A stretch of 64,000 bases of DNA. Origin: Thermoplasmata archaeon. Lineage in GTDB: Archaea > Thermoplasmatota > Thermoplasmata > Lutacidiplasmatales > UBA184. The position numbers were made by a program, and so were the translations under genes. Positions within the stretch are counted from its first letter, which is position 1. Each line of letters begins with the position of its first letter. Positions 17,533 to 27,671 of this stretch are shown here, piece after piece. The notes beneath the pieces are model-generated. The model was given only the letters and a program-made list of their open reading frames with translations. It had not been told where the DNA came from and ran no database searches. The stretch is taken from the NCBI GenBank assembly GCA_035945215.1, contig DASZAJ010000007.1:7264-71263 (forward strand), in the 5' to 3' direction.

Positions 17533-18534
17533 ATGGTCGTCCTCGGGGTCGAGTCGACCGCCCACACGGCCTCGGTCGGGATCGTCGGCGAACACGCCGA
17601 GGTGCTGGGCCTGAGCTCCGACATGTACCGTCCCCCGGCCGGCGGGATCCACCCCCGGGAGGCCGCCAACCACCACGTCGAATGGCTGCCCGGCCTGGTG
17701 GCGAAGGCGCTCGCCGAGGCGAACGTATCCCCCCGCGAGGTCGAGGCCGTCGCGTTCGCCCAAGGACCCGGACTCGGCCCATGCCTGCGCGCGGGCGCGA
17801 CCGTCGCCCGGATGCTCGCCCTCGCCTGGGACCGACCGCTCGTCGCGGTGAACCACTGCGTCGCCCACGTTGAGATCGCCCGGGCCCTGAGCGGCCTCGA
17901 CGAGGCGCTCTTGTTGTACGCGAGCGGCGGGAACACCCAGGTCATCGCCTACGGCGCCGGCCGATACCGCGTGCTCGGCGAGACGCTCGACGTGGGGATC
18001 GGCAACTTCCTCGACAAGCTTTGGATCGGCCTCGGCGGGACGTTCCCGGGAGGCCCGGCGATCGAGGCCGCGGCCCGGGGACGCTCGCACCTCCTTCGAC
18101 TTCCATACAGCGTCCACGGGATGGACGTCGCGTTCTCGGGCATCCTCACGGCCGCCCTCGAGCTCGCCCGAAAGGGGGCCAACCGGGCCGACCTCGCCTA
18201 CTCCGTGGAAGCCACCACGTACGCGATGCTGACCGAGGTCACCGAGCGGGCCCTCGCGCATCTCGGCCGCACCGACGTGGTGCTGGGCGGCGGGGTCGCC
18301 TGCAACGGGCGGCTCCAGGCGATGGTGCGCGCGATGGCCGAGGCCCGGGGGGGGACCAGCTTCGCCCCGCCGAAGCGCCTGTGCGTGGACAACGGGGCGA
18401 TGATCGCGTGGACCGGCCTTCTCGCCCTGCGGGCCGGCCGGACCACCGAGATCGAGCGATCGACCGTGCGCCCGCGCCAGCGGACGGACCTGGTGGACGT
18501 CCCCTGGCGATCGCTACCCGAGCAGCCCTCGTAG
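17533..18534 (+). CDS. kae1: tRNA N6-adenosine threonylcarbamoyltransferase Kae1
   Basis: The N-terminus is MVVLGVESTAHTASVGIV (ASKHA fold). The HxxxH-type metal site is NHCVAHVEIA. Kae1/TsaD-type regions follow through the C-terminus. No Bud32 fusion is present. Confidence 0.9.
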   Translation: MVVLGVESTAHTASVGIVGEHAEVLGLSSDMYRPPAGGIHPREAANHHVEWLPGLVAKALAEANVSPREVEAVAFAQGPGLGPCLRAGATVARMLALAWDRPLVAVNHCVAHVEIARALSGLDEALLLYASGGNTQVIAYGAGRYRVLGETLDVGIGNFLDKLWIGLGGTFPGGPAIEAAARGRSHLLRLPYSVHGMDVAFSGILTAALELARKGANRADLAYSVEATTYAMLTEVTERALAHLGRTDVVLGGGVACNGRLQAMVRAMAEARGGTSFAPPKRLCVDNGAMIAWTGLLALRAGRTTEIERSTVRPRQRTDLVDVPWRSLPEQPS

Positions 18535-19494
18535 CGCGAGCCAGGGGCTCGAGAAGTGAGCGACCTTGGCCGACTCCTGAAGGAACGGGGTCAGGAAACC
18601 ATAGTGCGGGAGAGGCCCGAAGAACAGGAGGCCGTCGGCGTAGGGATTCGCCAGACCCGTGGCATCGAGGGATGGGATCGAGGCCGGGCCAAAGGAGGTG
18701 GTCGCCGTGCTCGAGAAGGTGATCGCGATGGTGTGGCCGGTCCCGTAGAGCTTCGCGAGGCAGGAGGGGTACGGCGGGACCGTGTTGTCGAGCGTGCTGA
18801 TCTCGAGCAGGGGTCCCTTCGAGGAGAGCTGGTTGTCCACCCAGAGCCGGACAACGTCGGTGGCGTTCGTCCGAAAGCCGAGGATATCGTCCGGTTGGTA
18901 GATGATCGGTTGGCTGGGATGGGCCGCGGAGACGAACACATTCGAGTACGATCCGGACCAGACGTTGAAGAACGTCGAGAGGTTGTACTGGTAGTTCCAA
19001 TCGGATAGGATATTGATCGTGTTCGGGGTGAACCCGAACGCCGCAGGCTCGGTACGGATGGGGAGATCGCATTCGTAGCCTCCGGGGAAGCTGTTGTTCC
19101 GGCCGATCGCGGGGGGGAGGTTGACGACGGTGCCGTTGATCGTGATCGTCAAAAGCGGCGCCGTCCCGTACACCTCGGTGGCGCTCGGGCACCAGGTCCC
19201 CCCGAAATTCGTTGTGCCCGCGGGCGGGTACGCGGGCACGCCGCTCGAGTTGGGGACTGGGACAAGCGTGATGCATGGAGTGGGCAGATTCGAAACCACG
19301 AGATAGATGGCGACCACGGCGATCACCCCCACGGGGACTCCGACCACGAGCCCGCGACGCCACGGATTCCGGCTCGAGCTTTCTCGGCCCGCCTTCCGGC
19401 GGACGCGGTCGCGCCGCCGCTTGAGCCGCCGGTCCTCGGGGGTGAGCTCCTCGGGCCGGGCCTCCTCGACCTCGCGCCCGCGGCGTTTCGACAC
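18514..19494 (-). CDS. type II membrane glycoprotein (charged cytoplasmic N-terminus, signal-anchor, N-glycan-sequon-rich ectodomain)
   Basis: The N-terminus is KRRGREVEEARPEEL...RRKAGRE, followed by the TM helix LVVGVPVGVIAVVAIYLVV. The ectodomain has sequons NSS, NGT, NLS, NAT and NTV. Confidence 0.55.
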   Translation of the reverse strand: MSKRRGREVEEARPEELTPEDRRLKRRRDRVRRKAGRESSSRNPWRRGLVVGVPVGVIAVVAIYLVVSNLPTPCITLVPVPNSSGVPAYPPAGTTNFGGTWCPSATEVYGTAPLLTITINGTVVNLPPAIGRNNSFPGGYECDLPIRTEPAAFGFTPNTINILSDWNYQYNLSTFFNVWSGSYSNVFVSAAHPSQPIIYQPDDILGFRTNATDVVRLWVDNQLSSKGPLLEISTLDNTVPPYPSCLAKLYGTGHTIAITFSSTATTSFGPASIPSLDATGLANPYADGLLFFGPLPHYGFLTPFLQESAKVAHFSSPWLALRGLLG

Positions 19495-19575
19495 GTCGCG
19501 TCGACAGTGCCCTTGCCCTTAAATTCGACCCTTGGACGGCAGCCGAACTGACTGAAAAGTCGCCCGGGAGGGCGC

Positions 19576-19795
19576 TCAGAAACTGGAGGGCCCGTTCTGT
19601 TCGATGAACGTCGCGAGTTCGGTCCAATTGCGCCGCCGCGCGTATCGGATGAGGTGCCCGGGATGGAAACACAACCCGGCGAGTTCGGGTCGATCGGCCG
19701 GGGGTACCAGATCGCTTTCAAACCGGACCCCCATCGGGTTCCCCTCGAACGACTGGTTGCAACCGAAGCAGATCGCGCCCTTGGGCGCGGTCACC
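19576..19795 (-). CDS. small Cys-containing protein (CxxC ... C-x-H-x-x-H), start uncertain (GTG)
   Basis: The C-terminal 73 aa read VTAPKGAICFGCNQSFEGNPMGVRFESDLVPPADRPELAGLCFHPGHLIRYARRRNWTELATFIEQNGPSSF. The upstream part of the track ORF is Arg-rich. Confidence 0.35.
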
Positions 19796-19972
19796 GGTTT
19801 CTTTGTGAGCGTCAATCGGATCGTCCTAGTAGGCGCGCGACGGGAAATCCAACTCCTGGGGGCTAAAATTCGTATCGTTCGAGTCGGCGCCCAGGCCCCT
19901 TGGGGAACCCGGGCACGGCCCCCCCGAAAGGTCAGGGGACGACGTGCCGGCGAGCGTCCCCGCACGATGAGA

Positions 19973-20113
19973 TCAATCGTACCTGGGATCGGCGTCCATC
20001 CGCGTCGCCGGGTGGCCGCACTTCGGGCACTCGACGACCCTCCAATCCGGCGGGACCGGGACCAGGGCACCGCAGGCCTCGCAGCGGACCTCGGAGGCCT
20101 CCGGCTCGGGCAT
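19973..20113 (-). CDS. small zinc-ribbon protein
   Basis: MPEPEASEVRCEACGALVPVPPDWRVVECPKCGHPATRMDADPRYD has two CxxC pairs. It lies divergently upstream of GGR. The longer 89-aa form carries a Pro/Arg-rich N-terminus of doubtful coding value. Confidence 0.45.
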   Translation of the reverse strand: MPEPEASEVRCEACGALVPVPPDWRVVECPKCGHPATRMDADPRYD

Positions 20114-20318
20114 CGTCTCCTCGGGGATGGACAGGCCCGGCTTCGTAAGACGTTGCCCGGGAGGGGTCTTCCCCACCGAAACGGGGGCGAACCTTCCGGG
20201 GCGGTACCGAGGCGTACGAGGCGAAGCGCCCGTCGGGGGCAAGTACCCGCAGGGTCGACCTTCCCGTCGGGCGCCGTCGGCCCACTCCTAATGAGGTGGT
20301 CACGCCGTCCCCACGCCG

Positions 20319-21569
20319 GTGCGAGAGGTCGAGGCGCTCATCGTCGGTGCGGGCCCGGCCGGCAGCACCGTGGCCCGCCGGCTCGCCGAACGGGCCCACC
20401 ACGTCCTCGTCCTCGAGGAGCATGACCGGATCGGACAGCCGGTCCAGTGCGCAGGACTCGTATCCCAGCGCGTCCTCGACCTGGCCGGCCCGGACGGCTA
20501 CCGGATCGGGCCGGTCCTCGGCGCCACGGTCTTCGGACCGGGGCGTCCCTCGGTCAAGTTCCGGGCCGAAGGGTCGCGGGCGTTCGTCATCGATCGCGCC
20601 GGCCTCGACCGACACCTCGCCGACCGGGCGGCTCGCGCCGGCGCCGAATTCGAGGTCGGTTCGAAGTTCGACCGTCTCGTGGGTTTCGAGGGGGACGCCC
20701 CGGTGGCGGAGATCGTGCGTTCGGACGGGGTCCGAAGCCGCGTCCGAGCGAAGGTGATCATCGGCGCCGATGGGGTCACCAGCGCCGTGGCCCGTGCCTT
20801 CCGATTGCGTCGGCCGGTCGAGATCCTCCCCGCCTTCGAGGCCGAATTCCCTTCCGAAGGAGGGGACCCGCAGGAGGTCGAGGTATACCTGGGACGCACG
20901 ATCGCGCCGGGCCTGTTCGGCTGGTCGATCCCCGATCAGTCGGGCGGGGCGCGGGTCGGCGTGGCGGCGAACGCCGATGGGACGAGCGCCCGAATCTACT
21001 TTGAGCGGCTCGTGGAGCGGATCGGAAAGGTCCGAGGGCGCCGATTGCGTTCGCCGACTTCGTTCATCGTCTCCGGGATCCCCATCGGGAGGCTGCCTCG
21101 AACCTCCGCCCGGGGGGTCATGCTCGTCGGCGACGCGGCGGCGCAGGTCAAGCCACTCTCTGGGGGGGGCATCTACACGGGGATGCGCTGCGCCGAGATC
21201 GCGGCGGAGGTCGCCCACAGCGCCCTCGGCGCGCAGGACCTTGGCGCGTCCTCGCTCGCCCGGTACGATGTCCGATGGCGCGAAGAGCTCGGTGGCGAAT
21301 TCGACCGGGCCATGTACCTGCGGCGCCTGTTCGTTCGTCTGACCGACCGCGAGCTCGACGCGATCGTCGGCTCCCTCGACCGGGCGGAGCTTCGGGGTAC
21401 GATCGTGGCCTTCGGGGATATCGACTTCCCGAGCGGCGTCGCCCGGGCCCTGCTCGTTCAGTCCCCGTCCTTGATGCGGCTTTTCCCGAAGGCCTTGGGG
21501 GCGCTCGTCGGATCGCCGGGCGTCCACTTGCGCGACCTCGATCCCGGGCCCCGCCGATACGAAACGTAG
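20319..21569 (+). CDS. geranylgeranyl reductase (digeranylgeranylglycerophospholipid reductase family, FAD-dependent)
   Basis: A GTG start gives MREVEALIVGAGPAGSTVARRLAERAHHVLVLE (Rossmann GxGxxG). LVGDAAAQVKPLSGGGIYTGMRC matches archaeal GGR. Confidence 0.85.
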   Translation: MREVEALIVGAGPAGSTVARRLAERAHHVLVLEEHDRIGQPVQCAGLVSQRVLDLAGPDGYRIGPVLGATVFGPGRPSVKFRAEGSRAFVIDRAGLDRHLADRAARAGAEFEVGSKFDRLVGFEGDAPVAEIVRSDGVRSRVRAKVIIGADGVTSAVARAFRLRRPVEILPAFEAEFPSEGGDPQEVEVYLGRTIAPGLFGWSIPDQSGGARVGVAANADGTSARIYFERLVERIGKVRGRRLRSPTSFIVSGIPIGRLPRTSARGVMLVGDAAAQVKPLSGGGIYTGMRCAEIAAEVAHSALGAQDLGASSLARYDVRWREELGGEFDRAMYLRRLFVRLTDRELDAIVGSLDRAELRGTIVAFGDIDFPSGVARALLVQSPSLMRLFPKALGALVGSPGVHLRDLDPGPRRYET

Positions 21570-22297
21570 CCGCCGGCCGCGGCCAGGGCCAGGCTCGCGC
21601 CTAGGACCCCGTATAACACCGTCGGGGTCCCGTTCGATCGGATCAGGATCGCGGTCTCCGGGAGTACTCCCGAGACCCCGAGCCGGCTCGCGTTGACGGT
21701 CGGCGTACCGTTGGCGAGTTCGGTCCCGTTCGCCCAGACGGCCGCGGAGAAGTAGCCCCGGGAGGCCAGGTGGAACGACTGGGCGCCTTCCTGGAAGGTG
21801 AGCTCGGCCCGGATGGCGAACGTCCCGGACGGCGCCGACGCGGGGATGGAGAAGGGAAGCGATAGGTTGCCCGGCGCCCCGAACGATCCCGACGCGGCGA
21901 GGCGAGCGATCGGTACCACGACCGCGGATCCGTTCGCCCCCAAACCCGAGAACACCGGCGAACCCCCGGCCGGAAGGCCCGAGGTCGAACCGCCGGGGTA
22001 GGCCGAGAAGGCGTACAACTCGAAGGTGAGTGAGATCGACGTGATCGAGCCGGCCAGGGTGTCGGTCAAGAGGAAGGATAACGCCCCGCTGCCTCCCGGG
22101 GCCAGCGCCGGCGCGGCGAGGCCGGAGAGCAATCCGTCCGAGATCCCGACGGGCAGGACCGGCGGGGCGGCCGCGCCCGCCGTGGCGGGCATGGCGAGGC
22201 CGACCAAGAGTCCGACCAGGAGCAGTACAATGAACGATATGCGGGGTCGCCTACCCACCCCACGCCTCCGGCTCCTGTCGAGCCTCGGCCATCGCAA
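21458..22297 (-). CDS. secreted/membrane-anchored glycoprotein (signal peptide, C-terminal TM)
   Basis: The signal peptide is RRPRISFIVLLLVGLLVGLAMPATAGAAAPP. There are sequons NGS, NLS, NGT and NAS. The C-terminal TM helix is VLYGVLGASLALAAAGGYVSY, followed by a basic tail. The 3' end overlaps the GGR 3' end convergently. Confidence 0.55.
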   Translation of the reverse strand: MRWPRLDRSRRRGVGRRPRISFIVLLLVGLLVGLAMPATAGAAAPPVLPVGISDGLLSGLAAPALAPGGSGALSFLLTDTLAGSITSISLTFELYAFSAYPGGSTSGLPAGGSPVFSGLGANGSAVVVPIARLAASGSFGAPGNLSLPFSIPASAPSGTFAIRAELTFQEGAQSFHLASRGYFSAAVWANGTELANGTPTVNASRLGVSGVLPETAILIRSNGTPTVLYGVLGASLALAAAGGYVSYRRGPGSRSRKWTPGDPTSAPKAFGKSRIKDGD

Positions 22298-23162
22298 CGA
22301 GCCGCCGGATCCGGGCGATCGCCTGGGGGTGGCCGGCCGACCCCCGGGTCCCCAGGAACCCGACGGCCCAGAACCGACGGGGCACCGGCGCCCCGGCGAT
22401 CGCCTTGTAGAGCGCCCGGGCCAGCGCGAGGGGGAGGCCGGTCGCCCGGACCGCGTCGTCGTCGGCTCGGAACTCCTCGCGGTCCGTCAACCGAGCGGCG
22501 ATGAACGCCATGAGCGGGTCCCAGCGCATCATCCTCGACAGGGTCCGAAGGTAGGTCAGATACCGGCCGTCGAGGCCCCGCAGATGGCCTACCTCATGCG
22601 CCACCACCGCGGCGACCTCGGGTTCCGAAAGCAATTCGACCAATCCTCCGGAGAGGATGATCACCTCCAACCGGTGCGGATGCCATCGTCCCCCCGCGAA
22701 GGAGAGCAGGGTGAACGAGAACGCCTCCCGCTCCAGGGACCGGGATTGAAGGAGCTGGACCGGAAAGGCGGGCCAAGCGAGCCCCCGGGGCCACGGCATC
22801 TCCGAAGGGTTGAGCAGACGGAGCGTTCCCCGGCCGACCGCCTGGTTCAGCAGGAAGGCCACCAGCAGGATCGTGAACGCCCCGAGCGCTCCCTCGGCCC
22901 ACATCGATGGATCCGAGAGGATCGTGGCCGCGAGCAGGCTTGGGGGGGTGTGGGAGATCCGAACGAGGCCCATCCATCCGCCGTTTTCGAGGACCCAAAC
23001 GAGAAATGTCGTGGCGAGCAGCGACCATAGCGCGAGGAACGCGGACGCCAAGCGAAGGACCGTCGTGGGCGCGGATTTCCGGAACGCGTAGACGAGGCCG
23101 GCGCCCGAGGCGACCCAGACGACGACCGGGGCGTACAGTACGAGGGCGAGCAGGGCCAACAC
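22251..23162 (-). CDS. M56/M48-family membrane metalloprotease (BlaR1-like peptidase domain, no sensor domain)
   Basis: It has 4 N-terminal TM helices. The HExxH motif is VVAHEVGHLRG, and the downstream Glu is in EEFRADDDAV. This topology and motif spacing match BlaR1/HtpX-type peptidases. Confidence 0.7.
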   Translation of the reverse strand: MLALLALVLYAPVVVWVASGAGLVYAFRKSAPTTVLRLASAFLALWSLLATTFLVWVLENGGWMGLVRISHTPPSLLAATILSDPSMWAEGALGAFTILLVAFLLNQAVGRGTLRLLNPSEMPWPRGLAWPAFPVQLLQSRSLEREAFSFTLLSFAGGRWHPHRLEVIILSGGLVELLSEPEVAAVVAHEVGHLRGLDGRYLTYLRTLSRMMRWDPLMAFIAARLTDREEFRADDDAVRATGLPLALARALYKAIAGAPVPRRFWAVGFLGTRGSAGHPQAIARIRRLVAMAEARQEPEAWGG

Positions 23163-23174
23163 GACGGGTCCCCG

Positions 23175-23531
23175 CTACAACCGGAGCCGACGGCGGAGCT
23201 CGCGCTCCTCCGACGGGTCAAGCTTCGCGAGTTCCTCGTTCAGGTGCACCACGCCGGCCGGACCGAATAGCGACACCACGCCCTTGAGCAGATTCACCAG
23301 GTACTTATGCTCAAAGTCGACGGACTGGTAGACGTATCGTTCCCCGCCGCGGCACGGTTCCCGGTCGCGCCGAACCAGGCCCTTCTCGTGGAGCCGCCCG
23401 AGGACGGTGGCGATGGTGGTGTACGCCAAGTCTTCCCCGCCACGCGCGAGCGCATCGCGCACCCTCCGCGCCGGCGCCTTCTTCAACCGACGGAGGGCGA
23501 GCAGCACCTCCGCCTCGAGGGAACCGATCAA
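23175..23531 (-). CDS. BlaI/MecI/CopY-family transcriptional repressor (winged helix)
   Basis: 118 aa: LEAEVLLALRRLKKAPARRVRDAL...YTTIATVLGRLHEKGLVRRDREPCRGGERYVYQSV, then a C-terminal dimerisation helix. It sits immediately upstream of the M56 protease. Confidence 0.7.
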   Translation of the reverse strand: MIGSLEAEVLLALRRLKKAPARRVRDALARGGEDLAYTTIATVLGRLHEKGLVRRDREPCRGGERYVYQSVDFEHKYLVNLLKGVVSLFGPAGVVHLNEELAKLDPSEERELRRRLRL

Positions 23532-23685
23532 CGGGCACCCATGCCAGCGATTCGATGGGGACGGGGGTTCTTGAACCTGCGGCCTGAACCGTTCGAACGA
23601 GACGGACCGATCGTCACCGGCCCTCGGCGGTTCCCCCCGGTCGCGAAGGGAAGCCCATTAAACGGCCCCCCGATTCCCTCGGCGT

Positions 23686-25086
23686 GTGGTAGAACGGGGC
23701 GGCCCTCCGCAATCGATCCTCGACCTCATCGGGCATACCCCGGCGATCCCGCTGCCCCGGGTGGGACGGGGGGTGCCGTACCGGATCTTGGCCAAGCTCG
23801 AGTTCCTCAACCCGGGGGGTTCCGTGAAGGACCGCATCGGCACCCGGATGATCGAGGAGGCGGAGGCGCGCGGTTGGCTCAAGCCGGGCGGCACGATCGT
23901 GGAAGCGACCAGTGGGAACACCGGGGTCGGGCTCGCCCTGGTGGGCGCGGTCCGCGGGTATCGGACGGTCTTTGTGATCCCCGACAAGATGAGCGCCGAG
24001 AAGATCCGGCTCCTGCGGGCGTACGGAGCTCGGGTGGTCGTCACCCCGAGCCAGCTCCCACCGGACCACCCGATGAGCCACTACTCCGTCGCCCGACGAT
24101 TGGCCCGCGAGATCCCGAATGCCTACTACCCCAATCAGTACGAGAACCAGCAAAACCCCGAGGCGCACTATCGGACCACCGGGCCCGAGATCGAAGCGGA
24201 CGGGGGTCCGGAGCTGGCCGCCGTGGTCGCGACCGTCGGGACCGGCGGGACCCTGAGCGGGGTGGGCCGGTACTTCAAGGAACACCGGCCCTCCGTCCGG
24301 ATCGTGGCGGTCGATCCGCTCGGCTCCGTACTGGGACCCTACTTCCGGACCCGGCAGCCGGCGCAGGCGCACCCGTACCTCGTCGAAGGGATCGGGGAGG
24401 ACATCGTTCCGCGATCGATCCATTTCGAATGGATCGACGAATTCGTCGAGGTCGGGGACCGGGAATCGTTCGACATGGCACGCCGACTCGCCCGCGAGGA
24501 GGGTCTGCTGGCGGGCGGCTCGTCCGGAGCGGCGGTGGCCGGCGCGCTGCGTTGGCTGGCCGGCCGCCCTATCCCGAGCGGCGGCACGGTCCTCGTCGTC
24601 CTTCCGGACTCGGGCGACCGATACCTATCGAAATTCTACTCCGACGAATGGATGCGGGAGAAGGGGCTTCTCGACGACGTCGGGTCGGCCCGGGGTCTAC
24701 TGACCGCCAAATCCGGCGTGCCGGCGCTCGTCAGCGTCGACCCGACCTCCCGGGTCCGCGATGCGCTCGAGCTGCTCCACCGCTACGAGATCTCGAGCAT
24801 CCCGGTGCTGGATGGGGTCGCCAATGTCGGTTGCGCTCAGGAGGACGAGATCCTGCGGCGCGCCCTGGAGGACGGGACCGTCCTCGATCGGACCGTTTCG
24901 GCGGTGCTGGGGCCGCCGTTCCCGGAGATCTCGGCGGACGACCCGGTCGGCGAGGTCATCCACCGCCTTCGGGAGGAGCGGGCGCTGCTCGTCCGCGAGC
25001 GCGAGGGAGGTCCGGCGGTGGGGGTCTTGACCCGGCACGACCTAATGGCCTTCCTGTCCTCCCAGGGGGAACCCCATGCGATTTAG
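23686..25086 (+). CDS. cystathionine beta-synthase (PLP domain plus tandem CBS domains)
   Basis: The start is GTG. The PLP-fold motifs are LNPGGSVKDRIG and EATSGNTGVGLA. The C-terminus carries a CBS pair (ISSIPVLDG...VGVLTRHDLM). Confidence 0.85.
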   Translation: MVERGGPPQSILDLIGHTPAIPLPRVGRGVPYRILAKLEFLNPGGSVKDRIGTRMIEEAEARGWLKPGGTIVEATSGNTGVGLALVGAVRGYRTVFVIPDKMSAEKIRLLRAYGARVVVTPSQLPPDHPMSHYSVARRLAREIPNAYYPNQYENQQNPEAHYRTTGPEIEADGGPELAAVVATVGTGGTLSGVGRYFKEHRPSVRIVAVDPLGSVLGPYFRTRQPAQAHPYLVEGIGEDIVPRSIHFEWIDEFVEVGDRESFDMARRLAREEGLLAGGSSGAAVAGALRWLAGRPIPSGGTVLVVLPDSGDRYLSKFYSDEWMREKGLLDDVGSARGLLTAKSGVPALVSVDPTSRVRDALELLHRYEISSIPVLDGVANVGCAQEDEILRRALEDGTVLDRTVSAVLGPPFPEISADDPVGEVIHRLREERALLVREREGGPAVGVLTRHDLMAFLSSQGEPHAI

Positions 25087-26218
25087 CACCAAGGCGATCC
25101 ACGCCGGGCAGCCCCCGGATCCGTCGACCGGCGCGGTGAACGTCCCGGTCTACCTTTCGAGCACCTTCGCCCAGTCCGCGCCGAACCGCTCTCGCGGCTA
25201 CGTCTACAGTCGATCGGCGAACCCGACCCGGACGGTTCTCGAGCGGGCCCTCGCCCAGGTGGAGGAGGGACGGACGGGCCTCGCTTTCGCCTCCGGCCTG
25301 GGCGCCCTGACGACGCTGCTCGGACGGCTGCGATCCGGGAGCCGGATCGTGGCCATCGACGACCTGTACGGGGGGAGCTGGCGGCTGTTCGAGCATTGCC
25401 GTCGACAGTACGACATCACCACTTCCTATGTCGACATGACCCGTCTGGACCGGTTGCGCACGGCCCTCGAGGAGCCGACCGATCTCGTCTTCGTCGAATC
25501 CCCCACGAATCCGCTGATGCGCCTCGCGGACCTCTCCTCGATCGCCCGCATCGCGCACCGGGCCGGCGCGCTCGTGGCGGTCGACAACACCTTCGCGACC
25601 CCGGCGCTCCAGCGCCCTCTCGAACGGGGGGCCGACGTGGTCTTGCACTCGACCACCAAGTACCTGGGTGGGCATTCCGATGTGGTGGGGGGGGCGCTCG
25701 TGGTGAAGGATGCCCCCTTGGGCGAGGAGCTTCGGTGGCTGCAGAACGCGGTGGGGGCCGTCCCGAGCCCGTTCGATTCGTTCCTCGTACTTCGGGGACT
25801 CCATACGCTCGCCCTGCGGATGCGCGCCCACGAGGAGAGCGCGCGCGCCGTCGCGGAGGTCCTCGTCAAGAGTCCGGCCGTGCGATCCGTGCACTATCCG
25901 GGGCTTCGCTCCCACCCTCAGCATGCCCTCGCCCGCCGGCAGATGGATGGATTCGGCGGGATGCTCAGCGCCGAGCTGGAGGGGGGGCTGCCCGCGGCCC
26001 GGCGATTCCTCAAGCGACTGAGGATCTTCACGCTCGCCGAGAGCCTCGGCGGGGTCGAATCGCTCATCGACCACCCCGCGCTGATGACCCATTCGTCGGT
26101 TCCGCGGGCCGAGCGAGAGTCCCGCGGCATCACCGGCGGGTTGCTGCGGTTCTCCTGCGGGGTCGAGGATCCGACGGACCTGGCCGACGACGTCCGGTCG
26201 GCGCTCGCCGGGCGGTAA
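25076..26218 (+). CDS. cystathionine gamma-lyase / gamma-synthase family (Cys/Met metabolism PLP enzyme)
   Basis: Matching regions: STKAIHAGQPPDPSTGAVNVPVYLSSTF, DNTFATP and STTKYLGGHSDVVGG (PLP Lys region). The gene overlaps CBS by 11 nt. Confidence 0.85.
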   Translation: MRFSTKAIHAGQPPDPSTGAVNVPVYLSSTFAQSAPNRSRGYVYSRSANPTRTVLERALAQVEEGRTGLAFASGLGALTTLLGRLRSGSRIVAIDDLYGGSWRLFEHCRRQYDITTSYVDMTRLDRLRTALEEPTDLVFVESPTNPLMRLADLSSIARIAHRAGALVAVDNTFATPALQRPLERGADVVLHSTTKYLGGHSDVVGGALVVKDAPLGEELRWLQNAVGAVPSPFDSFLVLRGLHTLALRMRAHEESARAVAEVLVKSPAVRSVHYPGLRSHPQHALARRQMDGFGGMLSAELEGGLPAARRFLKRLRIFTLAESLGGVESLIDHPALMTHSSVPRAERESRGITGGLLRFSCGVEDPTDLADDVRSALAGR

Positions 26219-26222
26219 GAGG

Positions 26223-27671
26223 ATGCGGCGGTTCACGGTCTACGATTCGTTGAGCCGGGAGACCCGGCTGTTCGTGCCGATCACGCCCCCCAAGGTGGGC
26301 CTGTTCGTCTGCGGCCTCACCCCGTACGACGATGCGCACATCGGCCACGGTCGGACGGCCGTCGTCTTCGACGTCGTCGCGCGGGCCCTCACCCGCTGGG
26401 GGTACCGGGTGTTCTACATCCAGAACGTGACCAACCTCGACGACCGCTTGATCGCCCGCGGCGCCGAGTCGGGGATCGACCCGATGCGGCTCGCCGACCG
26501 GCACTTCCTCGCCTGGCGGATCGCGATGGAGGCGCTGGCGGTGCGCTCGGTGAACTTCTACCCCCACGCGACCGACTACCTGCCCGAGATCATCGAACAG
26601 ATCCGCGCCTTGGTCGACAAGGGGTTCGCCTACGCCTCCGCGGGCTCGGTGTACTACGAGGCGGCCCGGTTCCCCGAGTACGGGAAGCTGTCGGGCCAAC
26701 GGCTCGATCAGACCAAGCCGGGGACCCGGGTCGAGGCCGAGCCGGGCAAACGCGCCCCCGAGGACTTCGTGCTCTGGAAGGCCGCTCGGCCGGGGGAGCC
26801 CACGTGGGACTCCCCGTGGGGTCCGGGCCGCCCGGGCTGGCACATCGAAGATACGGCGATCACGGGTCGCATCCTCGGCCCTCGCTACGACCTGCATGGG
26901 GGCGGGGTCGACCTGAAGTTCCCGCACCACGAGGCGGAGATCGCGCAGGCCGAGGCCGCGTCGGGGGAGGCCCCCCTCGTCCGGGCCTGGATGCACGCCG
27001 GGATGCTGCAGATGCGCGGCGAGAAGATGTCGAAATCCCTTGGGAACGTGATCCCGCTCCAGACGGCGCTCGAGCAGTTCGGCGCGATGGTGCTGAGATT
27101 CTACTACCTTAATGCCCAATACCGCAGCCCGCTGAACTTCGTGGACGGGGAGAGCCTACCGGAAGCTCGGGAGGCCTACGAGCGTCTCGTGGGCCCTTTC
27201 CTGCGGTTGAGCCGGGTGTTCGACCGAGTCGGCCCGGACGGTCCGGGTCGAGAGCTGCCGGCCGATATCCTCGCCGCATCGAGCACCCTGGTCGACCAGT
27301 TGGATACTACACTGGCCGAGGATTTCGCGACGCGCGAGGTGCTCGCGGCGCTGTTCGGATGGTCGCGAACGGTGCAGGAGTGGGCCCCCCATTTCGAGTC
27401 GCTCACCGGCAGCTCCCTCGCCGCTCTCGGCGCCCCGTACCGGTGGGGCCGCGAGGTGCTCGGCCTGTTCGAGACCCCGACCGATTCGAACGATGCGCAG
27501 ACGTTGGGTCCGGTGGTCGCGGTCGCCTTGGAGGCGCGTCGGCGGGCGCGGGATCGAGGGGACTACGAGGAGGCCGATCGGATCCGCGACGCGCTCAAGT
27601 CGGCCGGGATCGTCGTGGAGGACGACGGGACCCGGACGCGCTGGGAACGGGCCCCGGGGGCGCTTCCCTGA
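26223..27671 (+). CDS. cysS: cysteinyl-tRNA synthetase
   Basis: The HIGH motif is [20 protein letters not shown] is present, and FPHHE and a Zn-binding Cys are also seen. 482 aa. Confidence 0.9.
   Translation: MRRFTVYDSLSRETRLFVPITPPKVGLFVCGLTPYDDAHIGHGRTAVVFDVVARALTRWGYRVFYIQNVTNLDDRLIARGAESGIDPMRLADRHFLAWRIAMEALAVRSVNFYPHATDYLPEIIEQIRALVDKGFAYASAGSVYYEAARFPEYGKLSGQRLDQTKPGTRVEAEPGKRAPEDFVLWKAARPGEPTWDSPWGPGRPGWHIEDTAITGRILGPRYDLHGGGVDLKFPHHEAEIAQAEAASGEAPLVRAWMHAGMLQMRGEKMSKSLGNVIPLQTALEQFGAMVLRFYYLNAQYRSPLNFVDGESLPEAREAYERLVGPFLRLSRVFDRVGPDGPGRELPADILAASSTLVDQLDTTLAEDFATREVLAALFGWSRTVQEWAPHFESLTGSSLAALGAPYRWGREVLGLFETPTDSNDAQTLGPVVAVALEARRRARDRGDYEEADRIRDALKSAGIVVEDDGTRTRWERAPGALP

Noticed and set aside
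17290-19672. 323-aa and 477-aa minus-strand ORFs over kae1 and the neighbouring membrane protein
   Set aside because: These are GC-frame artefacts. kae1 is unambiguous on the + strand.
19932-21527. 531-aa ORF antisense to the GGR gene
   Set aside because: Arg-rich junk. GGR has Rossmann and family motifs.
23307-25139. 610-aa + ORF spanning blaI and CBS in another frame
   Set aside because: It has an Arg/Gly/Pro composition, and real genes overlap it on both strands.
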